From positions 1-38,476 of IMG/VR virus record IMGVR_UViG_3300020043_002188: a stretch of 38,476 bases of DNA. One strand, 5' to 3'. Within the stretch, counting starts at the first letter, position 1. Every line of letters begins with the position of its first letter. The stretch comes from a virus (lineage: Duplodnaviria; Caudoviricetes). The translations under genes were made by a program, and so were the position numbers. Shown piece after piece: positions 24,098-33,782 of this stretch. The notes beneath the pieces were generated by a model. It did not search any database. It was not told where the DNA came from and was given only the letters and a program-made list of their open reading frames with translations.

Positions 24098-25396
24098 TTA
24101 TTCCAATTCCAACGAATTGTTGGAGTCGTATTGCGTCATTATCCAACTTGTGCCGTCAGACACCAAGGTGGCGTTGGCACCAGCAACTGCTTGCAGAATT
24201 GCCGTGGTAGCCGCACCACCAGCCAGCGGTACCACATTCGACGATGCTGACACGAGGGTCTGGGCTTGGTAGTTCTGGAAGTGCAACACCCGACCTGTGC
24301 TGGCGCTGGGGGTGGGCAGCGTCACAGTGCAGGTTGAGCCGGACTTGTTGTTGATCAGCCAGTTCTCACCAGCAGCAACGGTGAAGTTTGCAGTCTTTGT
24401 GACTGGGGCACCGCCTGCACCGGCAATCACGGAAGCTGCGGTTACGTTCTGCCAAATCGTGCCGTTGTACTGGAGCAAGTCACCATTGACAGGCGACACG
24501 ATATTCACATCACCTTCAAAGTCACCCAGCTTGCCGCCAAATGCAGGACGAATAAACAGCGACCCGTTGACGGCAGCATGGACCACCGCTGCCACAACCA
24601 CCTTTGGGTTGGGTGCCGTGGGTACAGTCTTTGTCAAACCACCGGCAACGGCTGGGTTCAGGTACAAAATCTGCCCATCGACCCAAGCCTCTGCACCACC
24701 TGTGGTATTGATGCCGCGCACCAGACCGAAGGAGGTCACGTAACCCCAGCCATTCGTGGCAATGTTCTCTGTTGCCACACCCATGACATACAACGCAGTG
24801 GATGCTGTCAAGCCGGTGGCTGGGGCACCCTTGAGCGCACCCGAGGCACCCACGGTGCCTGTGAACATGATGACCTGACCCTCGGTGATCGTGGAGTCAG
24901 CCTTGATGCGGTAATACTGCTCCTCGCCGATCTGCTGCGTGGTTACGCCACCAGCCATTACGAGGTTGAGTGTTTGGTTGCCGTCAGCCTCATCCCAGTA
25001 CAGAGTACCCGGTGTGGTGGTGGGCATACCCGATGGTGTTGTGTCAAACGTCACCCACGGCAAGTTGGCCTGCTGAAGCTGACTCAGGGTGCCCAACTCG
25101 GGGCGCACCTGAAGCGCCAGCGCATTGACTTGCTTTTGCAACTCAGCAATCTGGGCCAGCAGTCCATCTTGCGAGGGGGTGACGCTGCCAGTAGCCTTGT
25201 CGATGATGGCGCTGATCTCGTCAACCGTCAGAATCGGTGGACCTTTTTGCACATCGTCAAGGGAAATACTGCTGCCGCCCTGTGATTGACTCAACGACAG
25301 CAGAAACAAATACCACGGCGTTGAGACAAAACCTGTCTCCGGGTTTAGGAACGGAACCCGTGGCTGCGTGATTGGGACGATGGTTGGATTAGGCAT
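24098..25396 (-). CDS. Tail needle/fibre-like protein, 432 aa
   Basis: Occupies the gp26 position after the gp10-like gene; N-terminal coiled coil followed by Gly/Thr-rich beta domains. Confidence 0.65.
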   Translation of the reverse strand: MPNPTIVPITQPRVPFLNPETGFVSTPWYLFLLSLSQSQGGSSISLDDVQKGPPILTVDEISAIIDKATGSVTPSQDGLLAQIAELQKQVNALALQVRPELGTLSQLQQANLPWVTFDTTPSGMPTTTPGTLYWDEADGNQTLNLVMAGGVTTQQIGEEQYYRIKADSTITEGQVIMFTGTVGASGALKGAPATGLTASTALYVMGVATENIATNGWGYVTSFGLVRGINTTGGAEAWVDGQILYLNPAVAGGLTKTVPTAPNPKVVVAAVVHAAVNGSLFIRPAFGGKLGDFEGDVNIVSPVNGDLLQYNGTIWQNVTAASVIAGAGGAPVTKTANFTVAAGENWLINNKSGSTCTVTLPTPSASTGRVLHFQNYQAQTLVSASSNVVPLAGGAATTAILQAVAGANATLVSDGTSWIMTQYDSNNSLELE

Positions 25397-26819
25397 TCGT
25401 CGGACTCAGCAGCAGTTCAGCACCCATGATAGCGATCTTCACGGGGTCGGTACCCGACACCTCGTAGACGCGATCACGCAGCTTCAGGGTCATGCCCAGT
25501 CTGCGCCAGATGGCACGGCGGTAGTATTCGCCGATCTTGCCGATACTGACACAATGCTCGTTGGACCATGTGTGCCCACCATCGTCTGACCAGCGCAGCA
25601 TGACCTGTGGGTCGCTGCCTTGCCCGAGGTTCAGACCAGTGCCCGACTCGCAGTCAAGCTGGAGGCTGTGGTGCGCGGTGCGCTTCAAGTTGTTCTGGCC
25701 GGTGGGTAGTGCTCTCCACGAGCGTAGCCACTTCTGGATGCTGCCGTTGTCCGAGTAGTCGTCCAGATCGAACGAGTAGACGTTGGCGTTTTGATAATCA
25801 CCCACCATCACCATGTCGTTGAAAAACGATTGGCAGTTGCTGCGGTGACGGGTGAAGTCGCCGTTGGTGAACCCAGCGCGTTCATGCCATGCCTGCGTTG
25901 CCACATCGTAGACCCATGTGGTGTCTGCGGTGGGGAAGATCAGCACGTAGAAGCTGTGACCGTCTTGCTGGTACGTGTAGCCGATGGCGTCCGACAAGTT
26001 GCCGTACTGCTGGATGTGCCACTCGACTGCGTGAGTTGAGATGCGCTGACCAGCGTAGCCGTTGGCCCGGTAGACCATGCCCTGACCACGGGCGTCTTTA
26101 CCCAGCCAGAACAGACCGTTGTCCATCTTGGCAAGAGAATAGGCAGCAGCGCAGCCCAACTCGTTAAACGCGCCGGGGATGCGAGAGAACGGGAAGTCAG
26201 CGTTGCCGCTGTTGTACCAGACCTCGATGGAGTTGGTGCCATATACCCACAGTTGCCCGTGGTCCACGATGATGCCGACCACGCCGTCAGGAGAACCTTC
26301 GGCGCTGGCAAAGTCGAGTGGGTCAACGCTGGTGCCTTCCAGCAAACCAGTGACCCAGATTTTCTGGCTGTTTGGTTCGTTGAACACAAAGTAGCCGTCC
26401 AAGTAGCCCACGGTCACAGCGCCGGGAAAATCCGGGTCGGTGATCTGCTGGAACACGTTGGTCAGCGAGTTGTAAATGTACGAGGGACCGTTGCAGGCCA
26501 CGAACAACTGAGTGCCGTTGTCGGCCATGCTGACAGGCCCAGTGCCCGTCACGCTGCCGATTAGGGTTACTGCGTATGCAGGGGTCACCTTGTACAGCTG
26601 ACTGCCGCTGACCGCGTACAGGTTGCCAGCCAGCACCCACAGCCCACGAACGGGACCAGTGCCCACGGCAACCTCCAGCTTGAGGCCGGGAGCGCGGTTC
26701 AGGAACGCAGGTTCTTTGCCCGCCTCGGGGACGATCTCGGGGAACAGGTTGACCATGCGGGCATCCGCAGCGTTGACACTGCGGGCCACGTAGGATGATC
26801 CGAGGATGGGCGTCTTCAT
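25389..26819 (-). CDS. Tail hub / packaged-DNA stabilisation protein (P22 gp10-like)
   Basis: GPVSMADNG, FASAEGSPD, YQQDGHSFYVL and WSDDGGHTWSN...WRRLG motifs. Confidence 0.9.
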   Translation of the reverse strand: MKTPILGSSYVARSVNAADARMVNLFPEIVPEAGKEPAFLNRAPGLKLEVAVGTGPVRGLWVLAGNLYAVSGSQLYKVTPAYAVTLIGSVTGTGPVSMADNGTQLFVACNGPSYIYNSLTNVFQQITDPDFPGAVTVGYLDGYFVFNEPNSQKIWVTGLLEGTSVDPLDFASAEGSPDGVVGIIVDHGQLWVYGTNSIEVWYNSGNADFPFSRIPGAFNELGCAAAYSLAKMDNGLFWLGKDARGQGMVYRANGYAGQRISTHAVEWHIQQYGNLSDAIGYTYQQDGHSFYVLIFPTADTTWVYDVATQAWHERAGFTNGDFTRHRSNCQSFFNDMVMVGDYQNANVYSFDLDDYSDNGSIQKWLRSWRALPTGQNNLKRTAHHSLQLDCESGTGLNLGQGSDPQVMLRWSDDGGHTWSNEHCVSIGKIGEYYRRAIWRRLGMTLKLRDRVYEVSGTDPVKIAIMGAELLLSPTNA

Positions 26820-27529
26820 TAGAAGTTCCCTGCGTAGATGTTGAACCGCTGACGATTCGCCACCACAGCGTAGGGCAGGCTCATTACGTCATACGGGTTG
26901 TTGATGCGCTTCAGGTTGCGCTTGCTGGTCATGGCGATGCGCTGCACCTGTGGGCTTGGCTCCACGCCAAACTCGGGTGCGATCTCCATTGCCAAGTTGT
27001 ATGCAAAGGCCCGCATGTAGCCGGGTGGAAAATGCAATTCGGTACTGAGCAGCGCAGGCTGCGTCAACTCTTGCACCGAGATGAAGTGCCACTCCAAGTC
27101 CTGTGTGGGTCGAGGGTACACGTACATCTCCACATCGGGGAAGGTGTTGTTGACAAAGATGACCTGTGGGAAGGTCGATGTCGATGTCTTGACAGCAATG
27201 CCGTTGTACTGGTCTTGGTTGATGAACTTGATGCCATATGACACGCCGCTTGGGGCTTTGTAGTAGGTGCCGTCATCGAGCTGGATGGGGCGGTTGCCAA
27301 CAAAGTCACCAGACGGGCCGAGGGTGCGCTTGATCTCACCAGAGGGCCACGAGAAGATTTGGTCTTGGGTGCAGAACACGGACAGTCGTTCCGTGTTCCA
27401 CGAGTCAATCATTTGGTTAAGCGCAACCAAAGCGTCTTGACTTGTTGCCGCTGACGCCGTTTCACCTTCGGCAAGAATGCCAAGCAGACGCAGTGCTCGG
27501 TTAATCTGTTCGCCAGCGGTATATGCCAT
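26819..27529 (-). CDS. Head-tail adaptor (P22 gp4-like)
   Basis: TAGEQINRALRLLG...LNQMIDSW and YNLAMEIAPEFG motifs. Confidence 0.8.
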   Translation of the reverse strand: MAYTAGEQINRALRLLGILAEGETASAATSQDALVALNQMIDSWNTERLSVFCTQDQIFSWPSGEIKRTLGPSGDFVGNRPIQLDDGTYYKAPSGVSYGIKFINQDQYNGIAVKTSTSTFPQVIFVNNTFPDVEMYVYPRPTQDLEWHFISVQELTQPALLSTELHFPPGYMRAFAYNLAMEIAPEFGVEPSPQVQRIAMTSKRNLKRINNPYDVMSLPYAVVANRQRFNIYAGNF

Positions 27530-27530
27530 T

Positions 27531-27776
27531 TCAGTTTCCTTCGGATTCGTCGCTTGCCGAAGTCAAAAAGGATGGGACTTCGTTGGGCTGTTCGACAGGT
27601 TGTTCGGTCACTTTGCGAGTCATCTTGTTGCGCACAGACTTTTCCGCTTTTGGTGCCACCTCGACGGGCGTAGCAGGATTGTACTGTGTCCAGCCGTTCT
27701 TTTCATCATTGGTGATCTCGACATCATTGATGGCGACTTTGGCACCGTGAAGGGGGTGTACAAGGGTGACGTTCAT
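27531..27776 (-). CDS. Hypothetical protein, 81 aa
   Basis: GGAG RBS before MNVTLVHPLHGAKVA; follows a terminator. Confidence 0.7.
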   Translation of the reverse strand: MNVTLVHPLHGAKVAINDVEITNDEKNGWTQYNPATPVEVAPKAEKSVRNKMTRKVTEQPVEQPNEVPSFLTSASDESEGN

Positions 27777-27791
27777 TTTATTCTCCATGTG

Positions 27792-27815
27792 AAAACGGGG
27801 CCGAAGCCCCGTTTT
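27792..27815 (-). terminator. Rho-independent terminator with UUCG loop, potentially bidirectional
   Basis: AAAACGGGGC-CGAA-GCCCCGTTTT on the plus strand. Confidence 0.85.
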
Positions 27816-27831
27816 ACCACTTGCTCGAAAA

Positions 27832-28230
27832 TTAAGCAATACGGTATGCAGTCCAAGCACCATCGCCGGTCTTACGGGCGCGGAATTGGGCCGATGTGGC
27901 TTCTGCCACAACAGCGTTGCCTACGATTGTCCAGCCAGTGCCGACAACCAAGGTCACGTCATCGGTCGTAGCGTCTGCGTTGATGACGATGAAGTCAAAT
28001 GCAGCGTTGACTTTTTGTGCGCTGGACACTTGGGCTTCCAGATCAGCCACGGTGGGCAGAGTCAAGTTACCGGCAGTGCCGTTGAACACAAACAGACCGC
28101 TTGCGATTTGAGCAGCAGTTGCGGTTGCACCTGCTGTCAATGCTGTGGGTGCAGCTTGAACGAAAAGAGTTGCTTCGCCGATGTTGCCATCGCCAACTTG
28201 ATAACCGCCTGCGCCGTTAGGGATTGCCAT
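27832..28230 (-). CDS. Putative capsid decoration protein, 132 aa
   Basis: Directly after the coat gene; AAAGGA RBS; Ala/Thr/Gly-rich. Confidence 0.65.
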   Translation of the reverse strand: MAIPNGAGGYQVGDGNIGEATLFVQAAPTALTAGATATAAQIASGLFVFNGTAGNLTLPTVADLEAQVSSAQKVNAAFDFIVINADATTDDVTLVVGTGWTIVGNAVVAEATSAQFRARKTGDGAWTAYRIA

Positions 28231-28258
28231 GATAATTTCCTTTCAGAGATTGATTTTG

Positions 28259-28279
28259 AAAACAGGGGCCGAAGCCCCC
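28259..28279 (-). terminator. Terminator after the coat gene
   Basis: Minus strand GGGGC-TTCG-GCCCC-TGTTTT. Confidence 0.75.
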
Positions 28280-28287
28280 GCCTTGGA

Positions 28288-29487
28288 TTAGCCCCAGATG
28301 CGGCAACCCATTTGTGGACGAATCGTGTTGTAGCCATACAGCACGTCAACACGGCAAGGCATACGGTCGTTGTTGATGTCGTACTGACGAACAACGCGCA
28401 GGCTGATACCGTTGTGAACGGCACGGCTAGCCATGTCAACGCCTTGAGGCAGCAACAAGTCAGCAGTGGCGAACGCGATGGCGTCACGGTGGTACACCAT
28501 GTTCTGTGGGTAGCTGGTGGAAGCAGCGCCAGTGAACACGACAGCCTTGCCGGAAGCAGGCAGGGTCACCATAGTGCACAGGGCGTTGCCAGCCGAGTAC
28601 ATAGGAGCCACGGTCACAGTAGCAGTGGTGGTGCTTGTCGAAGACGACAGGGCCACGAACTGGAACAGCGAACCGGTGGACTCGCGAGTCTGTGGGTTGG
28701 CAGCGTAGCAGTCAGCGATAGTGAACACGTCACCCACGTTGATGATTTCGCCGGAACCGACAGTCAGAGTCAGAGTGGTTGCGCCTTCGGAGGTCACAGC
28801 AGCGCCGGTTGTGTTGCCAGTGGCAGCACGGGTACCGCAGGTGTGAACCTTGATCGACTGGCTCATGTTGACTTCTTCGTAGCCCAACACTTGCTCACCC
28901 ATCATGCCGTTTTTGAACTGGCGAGAGATGACATCTGTGGGGTTGAAGAAACCAGCCAAACCGTTGACCAATGCAGCGTTAGCGGCAGGGTTCACGGTAG
29001 CGTAGCGAGGCGACATGGTGGCGGCGTTCTCGTTCAGCTTCTGCTGGGCTTGCAACAGCACCAAAGCAGTCGATGGGGCAGAGCCGGGAGTACCGACACT
29101 GTTACCGATCAGCTTGTATGCGTTCGCAACGTCAGCGTCCACGGTAGAGGCCAACTGGCTGATACGTGGCTTCAAGACACGCTCTGCGAAGTCGTCCAAC
29201 TGCATGGTCAATTCAGCGGATGTGAAGTTGATGCCGATGTGCTTCTGGCTGGAGACAGTCAGAGTGGTGAACTGTTCGTTGTCGTCCTGAACTTGCAGGG
29301 CGGCACCGTCAGTGACCAGAGCGCGGTCGGGCAAACGGATACGCAGTGTAGAACCGATCTTGGCACCGTTGACAGCAAAGCTGTCGTCGTACTGGCGGTT
29401 CACGTTGCGGGTGATCACCAAGTTGTTCTCGAGAATTTCGAGAGACTTGCGGGTGATCATGTCAATGGTTAAGAGCGAGTTACTCAT
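28288..29487 (-). CDS. Major capsid protein (P22 gp5-like)
   Basis: MSNSLLTIDMIT...LENNL, KIGSTLRIRLP and CRVDVLYG motifs; follows the scaffold gene. Confidence 0.93.
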   Translation of the reverse strand: MSNSLLTIDMITRKSLEILENNLVITRNVNRQYDDSFAVNGAKIGSTLRIRLPDRALVTDGAALQVQDDNEQFTTLTVSSQKHIGINFTSAELTMQLDDFAERVLKPRISQLASTVDADVANAYKLIGNSVGTPGSAPSTALVLLQAQQKLNENAATMSPRYATVNPAANAALVNGLAGFFNPTDVISRQFKNGMMGEQVLGYEEVNMSQSIKVHTCGTRAATGNTTGAAVTSEGATTLTLTVGSGEIINVGDVFTIADCYAANPQTRESTGSLFQFVALSSSTSTTTATVTVAPMYSAGNALCTMVTLPASGKAVVFTGAASTSYPQNMVYHRDAIAFATADLLLPQGVDMASRAVHNGISLRVVRQYDINNDRMPCRVDVLYGYNTIRPQMGCRIWG

Positions 29488-29501
29488 GATGATTTCCTAA
29501 A

Positions 29502-30299
29502 TTAGCGGTTGCGAAGTGCCCGTGCCTTGTCAAGTTGTCGTTGACGCTCGGCAGCAATCCAGTCCGATGTGCTCATGGTCTTGACAGACCGAGGATCGGT
29601 GGTGTCAGTGACACCGGGGTTTGTTGCTCGTGCAGTCACCGGACGAATCGGGTCAGGTGCGGACGAAGTTTTCTTTTGGAAAGGTTCGGCAGTTATCTTA
29701 GCCTCAATCTTTCCGATTTCTCGCGCTTGCAACAGTGGCGACAAGCGAGATATGCGATCAGCTTCTTTGGGGTTGCTGCCCAGCCAGTAGGCCAGATCAG
29801 GTCCAATGTCGGAGCTTTTGATTGTCTCGGCCATCACATCAGTGACTCGGAGATTCGGGTTGTAGGCGACTTGTTCAAAGTCGTCATACTTGTTCCGAAC
29901 TTCTTCTTCACGTTCTGCGTAGCTGTCCTCAATCGCTGCTTTTTGCTTCTGGAGTTCACGCTGGTGGAGCATCTCCTCGGCCCGCTTGACCGCCAGTGCT
30001 TCCGCATAGGCTTCAGGGGACTCAAATTGATCCACAGGCGGGAGTTCCTTGGGCACCGACTGCCGCACTTGCATCTCTGCTTGTTTGGCTTGCTGCTCAC
30101 GTTCCCATTTGCGCTGTTCTCTTGCGAGGCGCTTGCCGATCATCGAATCGAGTTCAGCTTGAGAGAATCGCTTCTCCTCGGGTGTCTCGTTGCTTTGATC
30201 AGCGACTTCCGGCAGATTTTGTGCATTGTCCGAGGTGGCCGTCACTTCGGGTGCTGGCGCGGAGTCTACTTCCGCTAGGTTTTGGACTTCATCAGTCAT
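29502..30299 (-). CDS. Scaffolding protein
   Basis: Acidic, coiled-coil protein with GPDLAYWLGSNP..A.RI...REIGKIE motif; immediately upstream of the coat gene. Confidence 0.85.
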   Translation of the reverse strand: MTDEVQNLAEVDSAPAPEVTATSDNAQNLPEVADQSNETPEEKRFSQAELDSMIGKRLAREQRKWEREQQAKQAEMQVRQSVPKELPPVDQFESPEAYAEALAVKRAEEMLHQRELQKQKAAIEDSYAEREEEVRNKYDDFEQVAYNPNLRVTDVMAETIKSSDIGPDLAYWLGSNPKEADRISRLSPLLQAREIGKIEAKITAEPFQKKTSSAPDPIRPVTARATNPGVTDTTDPRSVKTMSTSDWIAAERQRQLDKARALRNR

Positions 30300-30347
30300 T
30301 TGTAACTCTTGTGAGTTCCCGGTCTACTGGGCCGGTACAGTTCTCAG

Positions 30348-30374
30348 ATTATGCGCTAAGAAGGCGCTTGTCAA
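30348..30374 (-). promoter_or_regulatory. Putative promoter for scaffold and coat genes
   Basis: Minus strand TTGACA-15bp-CATAAT, followed by a CCGG...CCGG leader hairpin. Confidence 0.55.
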
Positions 30375-30376
30375 GA

Positions 30377-31822
30377 TCAGACCGTATACCAGCCTTCAAA
30401 AATGAGTTGACTGGACGCAGACACCTCACCAATAGTTAAATTTGCGGTGCCAGCGGTTGTGGAAAATTTTTGCAAATCAACGTGGCTGAAACTTGCGCCA
30501 ACAAACCCGGTTAACGCATTAGCTGCCACAATTGACATTCCAGAGGCAAGACCCACAGTCATAGCAGATTGAGAATTTGCAATGTTGCTGGACGCAAACG
30601 GCAGGCCACCAATTCGTGCAGTATTCCCTGTCGTCAGTGTGCCCAACGACGACATTTGAATATTGCCTTTGTAGAACACTTTGTTGCCAACACGGCTGTA
30701 AGTACCGTATTGAATGGTGTATGTCTGCCCTTCAGACGGGCTGAGAGAGTCATCAAACAGAACGGGCGTCCAGCTTTGCTCAATATCCACGGCTACGTTT
30801 GAACCAGCGACGATGGTTGGTGTACCAGACTCATATTGGTTGTTTGTGGCATTGATGAAACCACCCGGGGCATCGGTTTCAAAGTCATCACCGGATCGTA
30901 AACGGCAAGAATCTATGTTCACAATTCCAGACGTGGCGTAGATTTTTGAGCCGGTCGCGCTGAAATAACAACCCGTGGCCGAAACAGTGGCCTTGAAAGC
31001 GTCTGCGCCGTTGCCGTAAACACCAATGCAATTAATTGTGCAGACTTCAAAGTCTGTACCGTTAACTGCAATCGGCCCGTTGCCACGATCCACGTACAAG
31101 CCGTAGGCAAGTTTTTCAATAAACCCGCCAGAAATTGAAACACCGTTTACGTTGGCGACAGGTTGAATCAGGATACCGGAAACACCTGTTTTATCCTTAC
31201 CCCAAATGCGTGGGGATGTGATGGCAATTCCGTTGCAACCTTGACCAAGTGAAATAGCATTTTCTGAAAAATTCTCAACAACCACATTGTCGAGATGCAA
31301 CCCCCAGCAATAAGGACCAATGTTTACAGCACTGTTGCCCGCAATGGTGTTGATGACCTGACACGCGATGTAACTGTACGGCATACGCTCCATGTACAGC
31401 CCCATGCTGACCACATCATCACAATCAAGTGTCAAGCCTTGTCCGACAAATGCGTGTTCACGTTGAGCGCCGCTAATGTCGTTGTAATTGCCAAGAAGAA
31501 ACAACAGCAAGCAGTCAAGAACTACTGTGCCACCGCCGCCCGTGTTGGTTCGAGTTGCGCCTGTAAAAGTGGCAGCAGATTTGATTGTTGCGTTATCACC
31601 ATCAAGTCGATAGTTGGCAGGCAGCAAAAGAGGGCTGCTGATTTTGTAAATACCTGTCGGAAACCACACCAAAGAGTAGCCAACACCTGACACAAGACTG
31701 GCATCAATGGCAGCTTGAATTGCAGCAGTGTCATCCGTCGATCCATCGCCTGTTGCACCGTAGTCAAGGACGTTGATCACAGTGTTGTTGATTAACGAAA
31801 AAGATGCTTTTGTAAGCGCCAT
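30377..31822 (-). CDS. Tailspike with pectate-lyase-3-like beta-helix (receptor binding), 481 aa
   Basis: INVLDYGATGDGSTDDTAAIQAAID...FPTGIYKIS followed by beta-helix repeats; start MALTK with GGAG RBS. Confidence 0.88.
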   Translation of the reverse strand: MALTKASFSLINNTVINVLDYGATGDGSTDDTAAIQAAIDASLVSGVGYSLVWFPTGIYKISSPLLLPANYRLDGDNATIKSAATFTGATRTNTGGGGTVVLDCLLLFLLGNYNDISGAQREHAFVGQGLTLDCDDVVSMGLYMERMPYSYIACQVINTIAGNSAVNIGPYCWGLHLDNVVVENFSENAISLGQGCNGIAITSPRIWGKDKTGVSGILIQPVANVNGVSISGGFIEKLAYGLYVDRGNGPIAVNGTDFEVCTINCIGVYGNGADAFKATVSATGCYFSATGSKIYATSGIVNIDSCRLRSGDDFETDAPGGFINATNNQYESGTPTIVAGSNVAVDIEQSWTPVLFDDSLSPSEGQTYTIQYGTYSRVGNKVFYKGNIQMSSLGTLTTGNTARIGGLPFASSNIANSQSAMTVGLASGMSIVAANALTGFVGASFSHVDLQKFSTTAGTANLTIGEVSASSQLIFEGWYTV

Positions 31823-31834
31823 GAGTGACTCCAA

Positions 31835-32434
31835 TTACACGCAATAAGTTGCGGTGAAAATGATGTTGTTTTGACCAGCCGATGCACCAGAGACAAGATT
31901 TGTCTCATTTAACGCAGCCGTTGCACCATTTGCAAGTGCGCGATATTGAAGCACAATTGTTGTTGCACCAGATTCAACATACCCAGTTGACGGGAAATTA
32001 ACGTTCCAGTTTGCGGCGTACCCGATATTGACAACACCGTGCGCGGCAGATGTAAACGGCAATCCGCTAATCCGCAGCGTTCCAGACGCACCAGTTGCAT
32101 TCACATTGCTTGTTGCAATGTTTGCCACAATCGTCACCACACGACCAACTCGCGTATATGTTGCCGATGTAATCGACATCGTGTATGGGGTTGTTGGCGG
32201 CGTAGTGTTTGTGTATTGCGGCGTCCAAGTCCCTTCCTCGTACCAGTTCAGCAACTCGCTGGTCATGCCGGGCGCGTTGGAGTTGGCGGCGAAGTTGACA
32301 CCCTTGCCTGCGGCAGGCGAAAGAATTTGGTCGATGGTGGCTTTTTTAGTTGCACCGCCTTGAACAACGGGCACTACCTCAGTACCTGCCAATGCGGTTG
32401 CTGCGGAAAGCTGGGATATTTTTTGATCAGCCAT
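31835..32434 (-). CDS. Fibre/spike-associated protein, 199 aa
   Basis: ADQKISQL...VVPVVQGG.TKK N-terminus; YEEGTWTP...YTRVGR...ISGLPF domain. Confidence 0.75.
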   Translation of the reverse strand: MADQKISQLSAATALAGTEVVPVVQGGATKKATIDQILSPAAGKGVNFAANSNAPGMTSELLNWYEEGTWTPQYTNTTPPTTPYTMSITSATYTRVGRVVTIVANIATSNVNATGASGTLRISGLPFTSAAHGVVNIGYAANWNVNFPSTGYVESGATTIVLQYRALANGATAALNETNLVSGASAGQNNIIFTATYCV

Positions 32435-32445
32435 AATTTACCCTG

Positions 32446-32946
32446 TTAGTTGTAAAGCACTTCAATTGAGGACGTAATCGGAGGCGCTTCAGAAAAAAGC
32501 AATGTCGTTCCAGAAATGGAGTAGGTGTTTCGCTGCTGATATACACCATTGATGTAAATCATTGTTGAGTTTTCACTAAATGGCGCAGCGGACAAGGTAA
32601 ACGTAACCGTAACCCCATCACCTGTAAAATTTTGAGAAACTGATACTGCGGCACCCACACCGGAAACATTGTCCCAAGTGCCCAGAGTTACATCCGTGCT
32701 GGTCTTAAGCACAAACTTATATGGCGCAAATTGAAGCCATACCTCGCTGCTTCCCGGTACTCGACCCGCAGCATCCAGAACAATTGGGTTGGTGTGCGCC
32801 ACGTTACCCGCAGACGATGTGTACGTGACCTGCGGCGTGGTCGTACCAGCGGCATAGGTGTATAGCTTGCCCCCAGTCAGTGGGTTGCCGTTGTTGTCAA
32901 AGAACTGGGCACCAGCGCCGCCCACGGGAGAAAGAAAAACAGACAT
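32446..32946 (-). CDS. Tailspike head-binding / adaptor-like protein, 166 aa
   Basis: QFFDNNGNPLTGGKLYTYAAGTTTP...NPIVLDAAGR resembles P22 tailspike N-terminal attachment domains; short C-terminal beta domain. Confidence 0.75.
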   Translation of the reverse strand: MSVFLSPVGGAGAQFFDNNGNPLTGGKLYTYAAGTTTPQVTYTSSAGNVAHTNPIVLDAAGRVPGSSEVWLQFAPYKFVLKTSTDVTLGTWDNVSGVGAAVSVSQNFTGDGVTVTFTLSAAPFSENSTMIYINGVYQQRNTYSISGTTLLFSEAPPITSSIEVLYN

Positions 32947-32952
32947 CGCGGG

Positions 32953-33111
32953 TTACTCCAAAAGAATCAAGCCGCCGTCCTCTTGCACGAGGTTTGCGCC
33001 GGACTCAGTAAGAAGGTTGCTTTGGGCTTGTTCGCTATTGCGACCCCCAAAAAGCGAAATAATGCCACCCAGCCCGATACCGATGGCGTTGCGGGCAGCA
33101 AGGAAACTCAT
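32953..33111 (-). CDS. Small virion protein, 52 aa
   Basis: MSFLAARNAIGIGLGGIISLF...LLTESGANLVQEDGGLILLE; ATGA overlap with the upstream gene. Confidence 0.65.
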   Translation of the reverse strand: MSFLAARNAIGIGLGGIISLFGGRNSEQAQSNLLTESGANLVQEDGGLILLE

Positions 33112-33410
33112 TTGGTGTTCATCGGTTTGCAGTACACCGTGCCACCAGAGGAAATCTGGATGGCGCTCACTCGCCACAGGCCAGATGTGCCGGTGGGGAC
33201 TTTGAACGGGATCGGTGTGAAGGCAGGGATCGGTGTGCTGGCAGTTGTTGCCACGGCACCCTCACCCACCTGAACGTAGCAGGGTTCTGTGGACCAGACC
33301 ATGACGCCTTCGGGGCCAGCGGGCCAGCCAGATGTGTTGGCTGCGGTGCCTGTGAAAGCGGCAGTCTGAGCCGGAAAGTTGGCTTGGGCGAGAGGGTTCA
33401 AGAGTTCCAT
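33108..33410 (-). CDS. Small beta-rich virion protein, 100 aa
   Basis: AAGGAG RBS; beta-sandwich-like composition. Confidence 0.7.
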   Translation of the reverse strand: MELLNPLAQANFPAQTAAFTGTAANTSGWPAGPEGVMVWSTEPCYVQVGEGAVATTASTPIPAFTPIPFKVPTGTSGLWRVSAIQISSGGTVYCKPMNTK

Positions 33411-33419
33411 GATGGCTCC

Positions 33420-33782
33420 TTATGCGAGGAATTTTAACTTGTACAGGGTGGACAGGTAAAGCCCGACGATTTCATCAATGATATTCTGGATTGCGGTGTC
33501 GGTTTTGTCGCAGACCTTGTACCGGTTGTCCTCGATCTCAGACAGCGATTGTTCCAGAAACTCGATGATGTTGCCGTTTTTTGTGGCACTCATTAGGCTG
33601 ATCGGCCCAATTAGACCATGACGGCCTTGGTACGCCTCGGCAAACTTGTCGGCCAACTCGATCACTTCGTCGTAGAACGAGTTCAGCGCCATGTGTTTGG
33701 AAAAGCTGCGGGTGTTCAGGTGCACCGAGTGGGCCACATCTCGGGCCAAGAACAAAATACCAACAAAATCAGCGGATTTCAT
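33420..33782 (-). CDS. Ferritin/Dps-like four-helix protein (DUF5856-like)
   Basis: AHSVHLNT.SFSKHMALNSFYD...DKFAEAYQG matches the Dps pattern. Confidence 0.75.
   Translation of the reverse strand: MKSADFVGILFLARDVAHSVHLNTRSFSKHMALNSFYDEVIELADKFAEAYQGRHGLIGPISLMSATKNGNIIEFLEQSLSEIEDNRYKVCDKTDTAIQNIIDEIVGLYLSTLYKLKFLA

Noticed and set aside
27886-29472. 528-aa plus-strand ORF
   Set aside because: Antisense shadow of the coat and decoration genes, with no recognisable domain.
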